From a virus (Duplodnaviria > Heunggongvirae > Uroviricota > Caudoviricetes), in IMG/VR virus record IMGVR_UViG_3300029537_000168: a stretch of 64,000 nucleotides of DNA; one strand, written 5' to 3'. Every line of letters begins with the position of its first letter. The stretch's first letter is position 1. Shown piece after piece: positions 17,339 through 27,459 of this stretch. The translations under genes and the position numbers were made by a program. Below the pieces are notes generated by a model, which saw nothing but the letters and a program-made list of their open reading frames with translations, did not search any database and was not told the origin of the DNA.

Positions 17339-20300
17339 AGTCTTGCTGTATTACGTTTCACTTCGGCAATGTCGGCCTGCATCTGTTTGATAGGTTTGAC
17401 AATTTCGCCTGTGTTCTCTCTGATTTGCTGTAACTCCAAATAGGAATTGGCCAGGATAGTACGTGTCTCGTCGGCAATGTTGTACAGACCGGTCACTTGT
17501 GATGTCAGGGAGCCGATGGAACCTCGCAGTTCGGTAATAGCTACCGTTTGCTGCTGTTCTGCCGTCTCAATACGAAGATTGGACTCATACACGGCTGTAA
17601 ACCGCCCACTCAGTTCCCCGGCATCCTCGTGCGTCATTTCTGTACCGAATCCGCGGCTGGAGGCCGACTGCTTGGAACTGCTGCCAGCCTTGTCGTATCC
17701 GGTAGCTGCGGCAAGTTCATCCCGTAGTTTCAATGCTTCATTCACGTACCCCATATATTCGTTTTGGAGTGAATTACGTTCACTCTCACTCAGGTTTCCG
17801 TCCTTCATACTTTCACCGAATCTGTTCCACCAGTCTTCCAGCTTCTGGCTGTACATGTTACCGATTTTATCTGAAAGCATGGCACGCATAAAGTATTCTG
17901 ATAGGTTATCCGCAAAATCTTCCGCCGATGCATCCATATCCATAAGGGTATCGATGAAACTATCATACATGGAATCAAAACTTATTCCGGTAAGCTGTTC
18001 GAAAAGTCCCTCTTTCAGTCCTTCGAGGTTTCCGGCCAGATCTGCATATTCATCTAGTGCATCAACGACAGCATTTCCATAGCCTCCTTTTCCTGAATCG
18101 GCCATTTTCTGCCACAAGTCTACATTCTGACGTAATAAGTCCATCTGCTCCGGCGACATCTGCCACAAGGAATCTGTACCTGTGAATTCTGCCATGACAT
18201 TTTCTCGAATCCATTGTATGTCACTTTCCGACCAGCCCATGTAATAGGCCCAGCTATGATGCTTACTGTGATAGCCAGCATTTGCCTGCGCTTTTGCAAG
18301 GACATTCTTGTTGTATTCCTCCTGATACTTGATGGCTTTATTGTACTCTGCTACGGATTTCTCGCTTCCCTTGCTGGACTTCATTTCTTCCGTAAGGGAT
18401 TCGATGGCAGACTGCAACTTTTCGTTTCTGTCCGTGAGTCTGTTGATGGTATCCTGCACCTCTTTTTCGTTTCCTCCAATACCGAAAAGTTTGCTGAATC
18501 CGCCGAAAGTCAAAGTATCCCATATTCCACCTACAGACTTAAAGACACTACTGAATATGTTACCTACGAAACCATCCAGCCCCTGTGTCCCGATAGCATC
18601 TAAAAGAGAAAATGCAGCTCCAATTATACCTCCAAGTTTCTCGCTCTCTTCTGCAAATATGTCTACTATATTTCCGGCCAAATCACCGACCTGAGAGAGT
18701 GAAATTTCAGAATTTGAACCAAGCTGGGTAATGACGTTCGACAATGTGACAAGGTTGCTTGTCGTTTTATCTGTCGACTTTTGTACATTGACCTGAGCGT
18801 TCTGCTGTCTTTTTTGGGCATCATTCAGTTTCTTCGTGGCCGCTTCCTTCTGCTCATCTGTTCCGCTTCTCATGGCTTCGTTGTATTCCTCCTGAGCTTG
18901 TGACAGTTCTTCCTGTGCCTTGGCTAATTCGCTTAACTGTTTGGGTAGGTCGGCCAGCAATCCTCCTTTGTCGATAAGGGTTGACTGGATGTTGCTTAAA
19001 GCCTCGTCAATGACCTTCTTCTGGTCAACAGCCATATTCTTGTATTCTTCGGAGTTCTTGAAGTCCCTAAGCTGCTGCTTTACCTTGTTCAGGGACTTTT
19101 TGGATACCTTGTCCAAGTCACCGAAGATAAGTTCCCAGTTGATTCCCTGTTTCAGCTTCTCAAGATCAAGGGAGGAGAGTGCCTTATCCATTTCTTTCTG
19201 GAGTATGTCCTTGTCTCCCTGGGTAGTGGCTTCCGAGATTTTACGGGTGTACTCGGCTATGATTGCATCACGTTTCTGCATGAACGTACCGTAGCTTTTC
19301 AGGTAACGTTCGTTGGCCTCGATTGCAGCTTGATTTTCAGTTTCTGTAATTTCGGCCAGACCTTTTTCACGCGACGTCATGGCATTAGACGCACGACTTC
19401 CTAATACTTCCCGCTGTTCAGACGTAAGCTTTCCTCCTTGCGCATCTTCCCATTTTTTGCGCTGTTTCCTAATTTCATCGATTTCTCGCTGGTAATCCAG
19501 CTCAATCTGTCTGCGCTTCTTTTCAGAACCTTCTTCCATCAGGTTGATTTCTTCCTGCTGATTTGTTCTGCGAAGCTGAAGGAGTTCTTCTGCAACCTGT
19601 TGCTGCTCTTTCTTTTGTCGCTCGGCATCTTTCTTCGCATTATTCTCTTGTTTGGCCAGAGTGTCTCCTGTTACACCACCGAGCGATTTATATGATTTTT
19701 CTGCTGCTTCCAACTCTTCTACAGCTTTCTTATAAGCAGATTCAGTGCCTTTTTTAGCATCCTCTACGGCCTTTAATTTTGCTTCGTAAACAGCTTTTGC
19801 TTCTTTATATGCTTGCTGATACGTCTTTTCCGATGCTTCTCTTTGCGATTCCAGGCCAGATATGGTGCCGTCAATCCCTTTTAACGCTGCTTGCGCATTA
19901 TTGAACCGTATTTGAACGTCAATAGGAATTGTTGCAAAAGGAAAATTCTTAATTTTTTCTTGCTCTTCCTGCAATATTTGTCTTGCTATATTGTATTCGC
20001 GTATAATCTGCTCACGATTACTTCTTGCTTCCATCAGCTTGACTTCAACAGGTTTCGAGTTTTCCTCTGTTTCCTTTTTCAGTCGATTATATTCGCTCAA
20101 GGCTGATTTCCACTTGTTAAGATTTGCTTTTGCTGATTCTATTTGTGAAGCGATTAATGGGGCACCTTGTCCCGCATTTTTTAAAGAAGCATTTAATGAT
20201 TTTATTTTCTCCTCCCATTGTTGAATATTCTTTAGTATGTTTTCATAACTGTTCTTGTCTCGTTCCTTATTCAGTTCTTTATTTGCTTCTGCAAGATTGA

Positions 20301-21987
20301 GTACAGCCAGTTGTTCACGGGTATAAGCAGAAGAAAGTGCAGGAGAATACCTTTGTAGTTCCTCATAGGCCTTTATCTTTGAAAACTCGGTTTCTGTCTC
20401 ATCTTGGATAACGCGTATCAGCTCTTCTATTTTTTTCTTGCGTTCCTCTTCCTGATTCGCAAAATTCTTTTGTTCTTCATTGAATTTTTGCTGTGCCTTT
20501 TCCGATGCGGTTGTGCTGTCATGAAAGGCCCACATTGTAGCAACAAGCCCGGCAAGAACCGTAGCTGCCAGTACATACGGGTTAGCTTTCATAACCGTAT
20601 TCAAAGCCTTTTGTGCTATCATTTGAGCTTTGGTAACCAAGATTGCAAGTTCCATTCTGGCCGTTAATGTATCCTGAGCTATTCGCACTACAATAAGAGC
20701 GGTTTTATATGTCCCGTATGTAGCAATCAGTCCTATCAAAATCTTACCAACAGTTTCATAGTTCTCAATAAGACCTTTCAATCCTGAAATACCTGCAGAA
20801 GCAATTCCCTGAGTATCTTTTCCAATCTCATTCAACATTGTATCCCAAGCATCTCCAAGGTTACTCAACTGACCTGTAAGAGACTTAGACTGTTCTTGCA
20901 TCAGGTTATAATAGATTCCTGATTCACTAGTCATATTTTTGAAGGCCTGTTCTACTTCTTTAAATCCTACCTTGCCTTCCTTTACTAAACCGGAAACTTC
21001 ATCTTTTGTCACACCAAGCACTTTTGCCAGTTCCTCGTAGATGGGAATACCACGTCCTGCAAACTGACGAATATCGACAGCATAGGCTCTCCCTTGTGTC
21101 CTTAATGTGCCATAGAGATAGGCTATTTCACTAAGCTGGGAGCCAACACCGGCGGCTACATTACCAAGCATGACAAGTTCATCACCCACATTCTCAGCTG
21201 ACGAGCCGTAAGCAATCATTTGCTTGGCAGATGATGCCACCCCTTGAAGGTCGAAGGGTGTCTTTGCGGCAATATCCACCAGCTCTGACATCAGTTTATC
21301 TGCTTTTTCCTTACTTTTCAGCATGGTTGAAAAAGCAATTTCAAGCTGCTGGAATTGTCCTCGTACATTAACAAGTTCTGTAACAAAGTTTTTCAAGGCA
21401 GTTACTCCACCTATTATACCAAGTACTTTGGTTAAGGAAACGGACATCTTTTCATTTGCTTCGACCGTTTCGCCGGCTTCTTCCTTAAAAGCTGCATATT
21501 CATCCTTCAGTCTCTTTACTGAAAGACGGGCTTCTGCCTGCTGTTGAGTAAGTCCAAACAAAATATCTTTCTGCTCCCTTAACTTATCGGTTTGAGCTTT
21601 TATCTGCTCCGACATACCGCTGGTATTACCACCCGACTTTACAGTTTCTCGGTATTTCTCTTTCAATAAAGTAAGCTCATTTTGTAATTGCCTAATGACA
21701 CCCCTTTGTGAAGTAATATTTGCAGAGAGGTTGTTTACTGTTTGTGAAGCGCTGTAAATTCCATTTTTGAAATCACGCTCCATTGTAGCTCCAACTTTAG
21801 CCGCCTCGGTTACCAGCCCCATCATTTGTTGGCGAGCAGATGCCAATTGGGTTTCCAAAGCCCTTGCCGCTGCCGGAGATTTGTTCACGTCCATCTTTTT
21901 GAGTTGGGCTTCCAGCTTTTCACATTCTTGTCTTAGCTTTACGACCTGTTCCCAGTCACTTGATACACGGAATACGAGTGTTGCCAT
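17335..21987 (-). CDS. Tail tape measure protein
   Basis: 1550 aa, with long coiled-coil regions, Gly-rich hydrophobic segments and a C-terminal catalytic-like region. Size and position are typical of a TMP. Confidence 0.85.
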   Translation of the reverse strand: MATLVFRVSSDWEQVVKLRQECEKLEAQLKKMDVNKSPAAARALETQLASARQQMMGLVTEAAKVGATMERDFKNGIYSASQTVNNLSANITSQRGVIRQLQNELTLLKEKYRETVKSGGNTSGMSEQIKAQTDKLREQKDILFGLTQQQAEARLSVKRLKDEYAAFKEEAGETVEANEKMSVSLTKVLGIIGGVTALKNFVTELVNVRGQFQQLEIAFSTMLKSKEKADKLMSELVDIAAKTPFDLQGVASSAKQMIAYGSSAENVGDELVMLGNVAAGVGSQLSEIAYLYGTLRTQGRAYAVDIRQFAGRGIPIYEELAKVLGVTKDEVSGLVKEGKVGFKEVEQAFKNMTSESGIYYNLMQEQSKSLTGQLSNLGDAWDTMLNEIGKDTQGIASAGISGLKGLIENYETVGKILIGLIATYGTYKTALIVVRIAQDTLTARMELAILVTKAQMIAQKALNTVMKANPYVLAATVLAGLVATMWAFHDSTTASEKAQQKFNEEQKNFANQEEERKKKIEELIRVIQDETETEFSKIKAYEELQRYSPALSSAYTREQLAVLNLAEANKELNKERDKNSYENILKNIQQWEEKIKSLNASLKNAGQGAPLIASQIESAKANLNKWKSALSEYNRLKKETEENSKPVEVKLMEARSNREQIIREYNIARQILQEEQEKIKNFPFATIPIDVQIRFNNAQAALKGIDGTISGLESQREASEKTYQQAYKEAKAVYEAKLKAVEDAKKGTESAYKKAVEELEAAEKSYKSLGGVTGDTLAKQENNAKKDAERQKKEQQQVAEELLQLRRTNQQEEINLMEEGSEKKRRQIELDYQREIDEIRKQRKKWEDAQGGKLTSEQREVLGSRASNAMTSREKGLAEITETENQAAIEANERYLKSYGTFMQKRDAIIAEYTRKISEATTQGDKDILQKEMDKALSSLDLEKLKQGINWELIFGDLDKVSKKSLNKVKQQLRDFKNSEEYKNMAVDQKKVIDEALSNIQSTLIDKGGLLADLPKQLSELAKAQEELSQAQEEYNEAMRSGTDEQKEAATKKLNDAQKRQQNAQVNVQKSTDKTTSNLVTLSNVITQLGSNSEISLSQVGDLAGNIVDIFAEESEKLGGIIGAAFSLLDAIGTQGLDGFVGNIFSSVFKSVGGIWDTLTFGGFSKLFGIGGNEKEVQDTINRLTDRNEKLQSAIESLTEEMKSSKGSEKSVAEYNKAIKYQEEYNKNVLAKAQANAGYHSKHHSWAYYMGWSESDIQWIRENVMAEFTGTDSLWQMSPEQMDLLRQNVDLWQKMADSGKGGYGNAVVDALDEYADLAGNLEGLKEGLFEQLTGISFDSMYDSFIDTLMDMDASAEDFADNLSEYFMRAMLSDKIGNMYSQKLEDWWNRFGESMKDGNLSESERNSLQNEYMGYVNEALKLRDELAAATGYDKAGSSSKQSASSRGFGTEMTHEDAGELSGRFTAVYESNLRIETAEQQQTVAITELRGSIGSLTSQVTGLYNIADETRTILANSYLELQQIRENTGEIVKPIKQMQADIAEVKRNTARL

Positions 21988-22138
21988 AAATAAAAATCTA
22001 AATATTAATGCTTAAAATTATGATATAAGCAAATAGTATTCAGACTTTTTGAAATCAAAAACGAAACAACTTGGCAATTGTCGTGTAATTTAACTTCTAT
22101 TTTTGAATAATTAGACTCCATCTCGGAATAGAACAAAA

Positions 22139-22170
22139 AAGGCGCACCATTATGATGCGCCCGATTGTCA
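22139..22170 (-). terminator. Intrinsic terminator downstream of hicB (pair 1)
   Basis: ggcgca-ccattatga-tgcgcc hairpin followed on the minus strand by a T-run. Confidence 0.4.
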
Positions 22171-22211
22171 ATTTGTTCTTTAATTTATATCAGAGCCTCA
22201 CGGCTGGAATA

Positions 22212-22616
22212 TCAAAACTTGACATTTGCCATTCTTTTAAGTATCTCATTGTATTTTGATTGTATGATAGCTCTTTGCTTTTCTGATGCTGTAATTATCT
22301 TTCCTTTATACTTTCGCATTACAGATTCATTTATACCTATTTCCTTTGCAAACTTACTTGCATTAATAAAAGGGAACGCTTCAAAAAATCCACTTAAGTC
22401 ATACACATACTCCACAGAATAGCCAGCTTTATACCAACTTGGAAATTCACCATGTTTTTCTTTGTAATATTCTGCCTGTTCCTCTAAAACAGAAACAAAG
22501 TCCTCTTTCGCTTCTTGTTCTGTAAGCCCAAAGCCATACGCACCGTTTACATCTTCAGAATAGATAGAAATTCCTCCATCATCTGCTTTTTCAATAATAG
22601 CCTGAATCTTCTTCAT
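22212..22616 (-). CDS. hicB: HicB-family antitoxin (pair 1)
   Basis: 134 aa, with an RNase-H-like N-terminal part and a C-terminal HTH-like region. It lies directly downstream of a HicA-like ORF. Confidence 0.65.
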   Translation of the reverse strand: MKKIQAIIEKADDGGISIYSEDVNGAYGFGLTEQEAKEDFVSVLEEQAEYYKEKHGEFPSWYKAGYSVEYVYDLSGFFEAFPFINASKFAKEIGINESVMRKYKGKIITASEKQRAIIQSKYNEILKRMANVKF

Positions 22617-22674
22617 AATCGTGTATTTTAAGTTTTGTCAATTAAATGCACCCACCGAAGTGGGTGCTGTTCTT

Positions 22675-22860
22675 TTACTTCTTTAACCCCGCCTTTTTCA
22701 TCATGCTGTCAAGAGTACCTTTAGGTATCTCTTTGGCTGGATGTCTGCCTACAGGGATAAAGTAGTCAAAGTCGGGATGAACATACTTGTGATGTTTCTT
22801 TCCCTTTTCGATTGTCCAGCCTGCTGACTCAATCAATTTGTAAAACTCTGAAAACTTCAT
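22675..22860 (-). CDS. hicA: HicA-family mRNA-interferase toxin (pair 1)
   Basis: 61 aa, MKFSEFYKLIESAGWTIEKGKKHHKYVHPD...PVGRHPAKEIPKGTLDSMMKKAGL, matching the YcfA/HicA signature (GW..........H....P). Confidence 0.8.
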   Translation of the reverse strand: MKFSEFYKLIESAGWTIEKGKKHHKYVHPDFDYFIPVGRHPAKEIPKGTLDSMMKKAGLKK

Positions 22861-22978
22861 AAATCAAAGAACTTTTAATTGACAATGCAAAGGTAACATT
22901 TTCGTTACTATTAAGCAAGCTTTGTAACGTAAAAAAGTAACGTTTCTGTTGCTTTTTAACATTCTAATAGAGCCATAT

Positions 22979-23245
22979 CTATTTCTTGTTTCTTCTTCTG
23001 CGTGAAGCCATATCCTTGCCTTTCACCTTCGTGACTTTTGTCCCGGTTACAGTATGAAGCTTGTCACGCTGCATTAATACTAAATTCCTGTATGGTATCT
23101 CATAGACCACTTCCCGGTATGACAGATGCAGATTTTCCATGAACGATGCAATCTGTCCCAAGAGAGTATCATTTCCTACAACCTCGGTTTCGCTGCCAGC
23201 AGACTTACGTTCCTCGCCAAGCTGACAGCTTTGAGAAAAACCTTT
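22979..23245 (-). other. Putative -1 programmed-frameshift extension of the tail chaperone (gpGT-like)
   Basis: The 0-frame reads aag gtt ttt ctc, with the T5 run at 23236..23242 (minus). The -1 frame has no stop from there to the end of the 60-aa ORF at 22979..23161. Confidence 0.4.
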
Positions 23246-23559
23246 GAGTCAATCATAGAGAGTGTTTCATCCAATGCGTCCACATTCTCTTCGTATGTTC
23301 CTTTTGCCAGTTCTTCGCTCAAGTTTTCGTCACCAGCTATCAGCCAGGAAAGAGCCCTGCTGTAGGCCTCACTTTCTCCCAGGGAGAGAAGAACTTCTTT
23401 CAAATTGTCTGCTTCTTGTACACCTGACAAATGGGAGATTGCTCCGGCCAGTTTGTTGATAGTAGGAGGGTAGACCGTGTAGGCTTTCCCAGCGACAAAC
23501 ACCGTTCTGAAATCACTTCCGATAATGGATTCAGTTACTATTTTTGCTCCTTGATTCAT
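23176..23559 (-). CDS. Tail assembly chaperone (gpG-like)
   Basis: 127-aa ORF between the major tail protein and the TMP. A -1 frame stays open for about 85 codons past its stop (see next feature). Confidence 0.5.
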   Translation of the reverse strand: MNQGAKIVTESIIGSDFRTVFVAGKAYTVYPPTINKLAGAISHLSGVQEADNLKEVLLSLGESEAYSRALSWLIAGDENLSEELAKGTYEENVDALDETLSMIDSKVFLKAVSLARNVSLLAAKPRL

Positions 23560-23642
23560 TCTGATAAAAGATAAAAATTAAGGGGTGAAGCCATAAAGCC
23601 CACCCCTGTTATGGAATTCAATCTCTACCTATTGGATAGGCA

Positions 23643-24194
23643 TTAAGCACCTGCTGTTACTTCAGATGAGTCAAACCAGTATTCCGGTGCAACTTCTGCA
23701 TTTTGTGGTTCCAGTTCCACCGCACTTACAGGAATACCGACAGCCTTGTCTGTTGTGGCTTCACGTGCACCGATGTCAGCACGGGGAATCACACAATACT
23801 GGTCATCGTCAGTCAAAGCGACAAGTAACTTCTCAATGTTTACCTTGCCTCTTGCTCGTTTCCAACCCTTATCAGTGTTAATTACATCACCACCCATGAG
23901 GTCTTTCTTGGTCGGATAGTCGTACTCACCAATGGTGAAGTTCACGGTTACATCGCCCATTTCCTTATCACTACGATAAGTCTGACCGGTAAGCTGGTTC
24001 TTGTAGTTAGTGCGGCTTGCTTCCGCTTCTTCAAGTGTCCATGTATCCTGATGGATATTCTTCACCTCTTTTAAGGTTTCACCTTGTAAAAGAGTATATA
24101 AAGCCTGCCCAGTCAAATCTGCTGTGATAGCATTTGTCTCGCCATACCAAAGTTTCTTGATATTCACAGCTGTGATTTTCTTTGATTCTGCCAT
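23643..24194 (-). CDS. Major tail protein
   Basis: 183-aa ORF immediately upstream of the chaperone/TMP genes. Confidence 0.55.
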   Translation of the reverse strand: MAESKKITAVNIKKLWYGETNAITADLTGQALYTLLQGETLKEVKNIHQDTWTLEEAEASRTNYKNQLTGQTYRSDKEMGDVTVNFTIGEYDYPTKKDLMGGDVINTDKGWKRARGKVNIEKLLVALTDDDQYCVIPRADIGAREATTDKAVGIPVSAVELEPQNAEVAPEYWFDSSEVTAGA

Positions 24195-24195
24195 A

Positions 24196-24588
24196 TTATT
24201 TCACATTTAAAACTTCAAACAAAATTCTTACATTCACATAGTGACACTTTAAGGATGTGTCTTCCTCAATTCCGATTGACTCGATGGAATAATGATAGGT
24301 TGTTCCGTCATAGCGTCCGGTCACTCCGTCAAACAATTCTTGCGCCTGTTTCTCCAGCTCGTTCAGACGTATTGTGTTAGCTTCACCTTCTTTCAAGTCA
24401 GGAACGCAAAGGTTCACTTCTACGAAAGACTTCTTCCAGTACGTCTCCGGTTGCTGCTTCTTAGAGTGAATGACAATCCTTTCGGACTTCATCGGCCCCG
24501 TCAGCTTCTTACCGTGTGGAACGATGTCAATTTCAAAAGGCTGGCAATCACGATAGAGTATGTTCGCTATGTCGGTGGTAACTATCAT
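24196..24588 (-). CDS. Tail completion / neck protein
   Basis: 130-aa ORF in the head-tail joining cluster. Confidence 0.4.
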   Translation of the reverse strand: MIVTTDIANILYRDCQPFEIDIVPHGKKLTGPMKSERIVIHSKKQQPETYWKKSFVEVNLCVPDLKEGEANTIRLNELEKQAQELFDGVTGRYDGTTYHYSIESIGIEEDTSLKCHYVNVRILFEVLNVK

Positions 24589-24881
24589 TTTATTTCCTCC
24601 TTTAATCGTTTCTCAGCATATATGGCTGCACCAGTCAAGACTTCGTAACCTTTGGATTCAACGAAAGAAGCGTATTCAGCTTCATTCCTCAACTCCAGTC
24701 CATCATCCTGAACTGAGTATTTGTTTGACTTACGGAGTGTTCCGGTATGATTCTGATAGCTTCCATTCTTTACAGCGTAATCGACAGCCTCTTTACCAAC
24801 CTTCTCCTTAACGGCTTTCACCTCGGCATAACCTTGTTTAAAAAAGCTATCCATGTCCGAAAAATCAAACTTTACAGCCAT
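24585..24881 (-). CDS. Head-tail adaptor-like small protein
   Basis: 98-aa ORF with overlapping start/stop. Confidence 0.35.
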   Translation of the reverse strand: MAVKFDFSDMDSFFKQGYAEVKAVKEKVGKEAVDYAVKNGSYQNHTGTLRKSNKYSVQDDGLELRNEAEYASFVESKGYEVLTGAAIYAEKRLKEEIK

Positions 24882-25195
24882 ATTTCTGAGTAACCAAAAT
24901 AGTTAGTATTTTTTACCGTATAAACCTTGCCAGTTCCCCTGGTATTATCGCCATCCATACATCTGACTTCATCGCCAGCCTTCAGGGAGGTTTTCTTTTC
25001 ACAGACTATGTGATAGTTCGGTCGGTACACCTCGCCGTTCTCCGAAGTAAACTCCTTGGTGGAGTTATCATCACACCGGCACTTACATACGTCCTGCCAG
25101 CTTTCTCCACCGGTTCCGGGAATAGGCCGGCCGAACTCGTCTGTTTCCATTGGAGTAGTAACCTTGATTTGTAATATATGTGGCGCGAATATCAT
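24872..25195 (-). CDS. Head-tail joining protein
   Basis: 107-aa ORF. Confidence 0.35.
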   Translation of the reverse strand: MIFAPHILQIKVTTPMETDEFGRPIPGTGGESWQDVCKCRCDDNSTKEFTSENGEVYRPNYHIVCEKKTSLKAGDEVRCMDGDNTRGTGKVYTVKNTNYFGYSEIWL

Positions 25196-25506
25196 AGGAA
25201 TCTGACTTTAGGTTTATCTGACAGTGTGTCTTCAAGGCCATACTTCTTGCACAAGAATGAGTAGTATTCCTTCAAGCCTTTGGTGTCCCAGGACATAGAG
25301 AAACCGTTCTCGCTGATGGAAGTAGCACGAAGTAGAAGAGAGGGGATAAACTTCGCCATAGACACCGAAACAAGTCCGATGTTTGACGGGCCCATCTCAT
25401 CCTCTCCGCTTACTTCTGAAGACAAACTTATCTCCAAAAGGTCAGCCTCCGACAAGTTGATGCCGAAGGTCTGAAACTTCTGTGATATGTAGTCATTTAC
25501 TGTCAT
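25192..25506 (-). CDS. Head-tail connector / DNA-packaging accessory
   Basis: 104-aa ORF. Confidence 0.35.
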   Translation of the reverse strand: MTVNDYISQKFQTFGINLSEADLLEISLSSEVSGEDEMGPSNIGLVSVSMAKFIPSLLLRATSISENGFSMSWDTKGLKEYYSFLCKKYGLEDTLSDKPKVRFL

Positions 25507-26585
25507 GCGTTCATGGTTGACAAATCAAAGTTCACAATCAGATTCGGGTTCGTAATCTGAGGAATCCACTCTGCGGTGTATTCCAGATAACGACCGTTCT
25601 TGTCCTTGTAACCGGAAATAAGCATATCACCGTCTGCCTGGGTGTAGTTACGTCCCGGTACGCCGTCCACTGCTTCGTATGGAGTGTGGAAACGCATATA
25701 ACCGACCTTATCCTGCGGAAGCAAGGTGATACGGTCGTCGGCGTAAATCTGCACGTTCTTTCCGGTCTGGTCTTTTACGTAATCTTCCTTGATTTCAATG
25801 GCCGGAAGCCCGATGCCAGTGAACACTTGGGAAGCCAGTTGAGATGTAATCAACCCGGTTGAAAGATACATCTCATTTCCTGTAAGCTGCATCTTGAACT
25901 TGTCACCAAACTCAGCCGACCCGATGATATTCTTCACGAAAGTTCCTCGTGACATAATCATCTTCTGGAAATTACCGTAGTCCGCTTTCAGTGCATTAAT
26001 CTGCTGCTGCAAATAGGTGATGAAGTTCGTCTTCGCACCAGTATCAGGCTTGATGAACTTGAACGGCAATTCAATGTTAAGAAGGTCAACGCCTCCGGCA
26101 TTGTCATCCTTATTCTTGACTGTTGCTTCTCCGGTCATCAGAAGTGAACCTACAATAATATCCATGCGCTTGTGGGCTGCCAAAAGTACCTGACGGTAAT
26201 CATCATAGATGAAGTTCACGATTTCCTGCATGGCTGCTACCTGGTCGGCAGGTTTAGCTGCATTGAACTTGTCAATCAAGTCCTGAAGTTCGGACAGGCG
26301 GTCAATGGAAATCTGGTAAGCATCGCCAAGATAAGCGATTTCACCATATCCTGAGCCGATATTCCGGCGTTCACGGATAGGCTTCTCACCATAACGAGAG
26401 TTGATAGAACCGGCCATCACTCCAGTAACCTGACCGATGTAGTCCTTGAATACACGGGTAGTCGTTCTACGGAAATCAAGATACTGCTGCCAGTAGATTG
26501 TATCCTTACGAGTCTGAAGGACACGCTGAATAACGGCGTTAACGATGTTGGGGTCGTTAAACAGAGTATGAATAGTTAGCATCAT
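25503..26585 (-). CDS. Major capsid protein (HK97-fold size class)
   Basis: 360 aa, lying between the scaffold/decoration genes and the connector genes. Confidence 0.7.
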   Translation of the reverse strand: MMLTIHTLFNDPNIVNAVIQRVLQTRKDTIYWQQYLDFRRTTTRVFKDYIGQVTGVMAGSINSRYGEKPIRERRNIGSGYGEIAYLGDAYQISIDRLSELQDLIDKFNAAKPADQVAAMQEIVNFIYDDYRQVLLAAHKRMDIIVGSLLMTGEATVKNKDDNAGGVDLLNIELPFKFIKPDTGAKTNFITYLQQQINALKADYGNFQKMIMSRGTFVKNIIGSAEFGDKFKMQLTGNEMYLSTGLITSQLASQVFTGIGLPAIEIKEDYVKDQTGKNVQIYADDRITLLPQDKVGYMRFHTPYEAVDGVPGRNYTQADGDMLISGYKDKNGRYLEYTAEWIPQITNPNLIVNFDLSTMNA

Positions 26586-26601
26586 GTTTTACCTCCTTTC
26601 T

Positions 26602-27456
26602 TTATTTGCTTGCAATTACACCTGCTGTTCTCAAAGATGCCAGAAGGGCATTCAATTTTGTATGTGCATCTTCCTGCCCAGTAGCATCATCTACTTTAAC
26701 ACCTTGCTTTACACCTCCGAGAGCAGAAGATGTTGCTGCAGACAAAGTGAATTTGTTGGCTTGGGATGCGATACCATCCAATTTAGCTTTGTCTTCTTTA
26801 CTCATCAAGCCATCTTGACTGGAAGACGCTTTGGCAACTACAGCCTTTCCACCTTGAGTAACGTCAGGAGCGTTGAACTGGAAATGCGGCATGTTGGCCT
26901 TGTCAATGTCAGAGAAAGGCATAACCAATTTGGTAGGCTCAATCTCGAATGCTCGCATCAAAAGAGCAACTAATACAATGCCTTCTTCTACTTGTACTCT
27001 TCCGTACAAGGCTGAGTTAGCAATGACTTTCGGAGTTGTGCCGCTTACCGCTGTAGCTTCATAGAGTACAGTACCAGCTTCCAATGTTTCGCCAAAGTCG
27101 GCAGACAGCGTCAACTTATCGAAAGCTTTGTCTGATTTGTCAATACTGTTGATGGTAGCTCCATGAGAACCATTACCCAGATGCATACCCACATAAGCCA
27201 AAGAGTTTTTCTTGATCTTCAAAGTGGTATTGGAACCGGTGGTAAACTTTTCATAGACTTCTACACGGATGGCCACCTGAGCGGTTTTCTTTACTAAGTC
27301 GGCGGCAATGGGAGTGAAGGATGGAAGAAATGAACCAGCGACAAGGTTGGTCGTATCCAGCTTGTAAGGCCCTCTGCGTCTTACTCCGGTAGAAACATCA
27401 TAGCGTTCCTCGATGGACGGTTCAGGCTCCATGTTGTACTTAAATCCTGCTGACAT
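26602..27456 (-). CDS. Head decoration / head fibre protein
   Basis: 284 aa containing the GLMSKEDKAKLDGI fibre-repeat motif and a C-terminal module shared with 9083..9658. Confidence 0.5.
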   Translation of the reverse strand: MSAGFKYNMEPEPSIEERYDVSTGVRRRGPYKLDTTNLVAGSFLPSFTPIAADLVKKTAQVAIRVEVYEKFTTGSNTTLKIKKNSLAYVGMHLGNGSHGATINSIDKSDKAFDKLTLSADFGETLEAGTVLYEATAVSGTTPKVIANSALYGRVQVEEGIVLVALLMRAFEIEPTKLVMPFSDIDKANMPHFQFNAPDVTQGGKAVVAKASSSQDGLMSKEDKAKLDGIASQANKFTLSAATSSALGGVKQGVKVDDATGQEDAHTKLNALLASLRTAGVIASK

Positions 27457-27459
27457 AAA

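Noticed and set aside
17447-21547. Multiple plus-strand ORFs (for example 17447..18082, 18214..18603, 18920..19294) antisense to the tape measure gene
   Set aside because: They are low-complexity (Ser/Leu/Phe-rich) antisense translations of a long coding region, with no independent signals.
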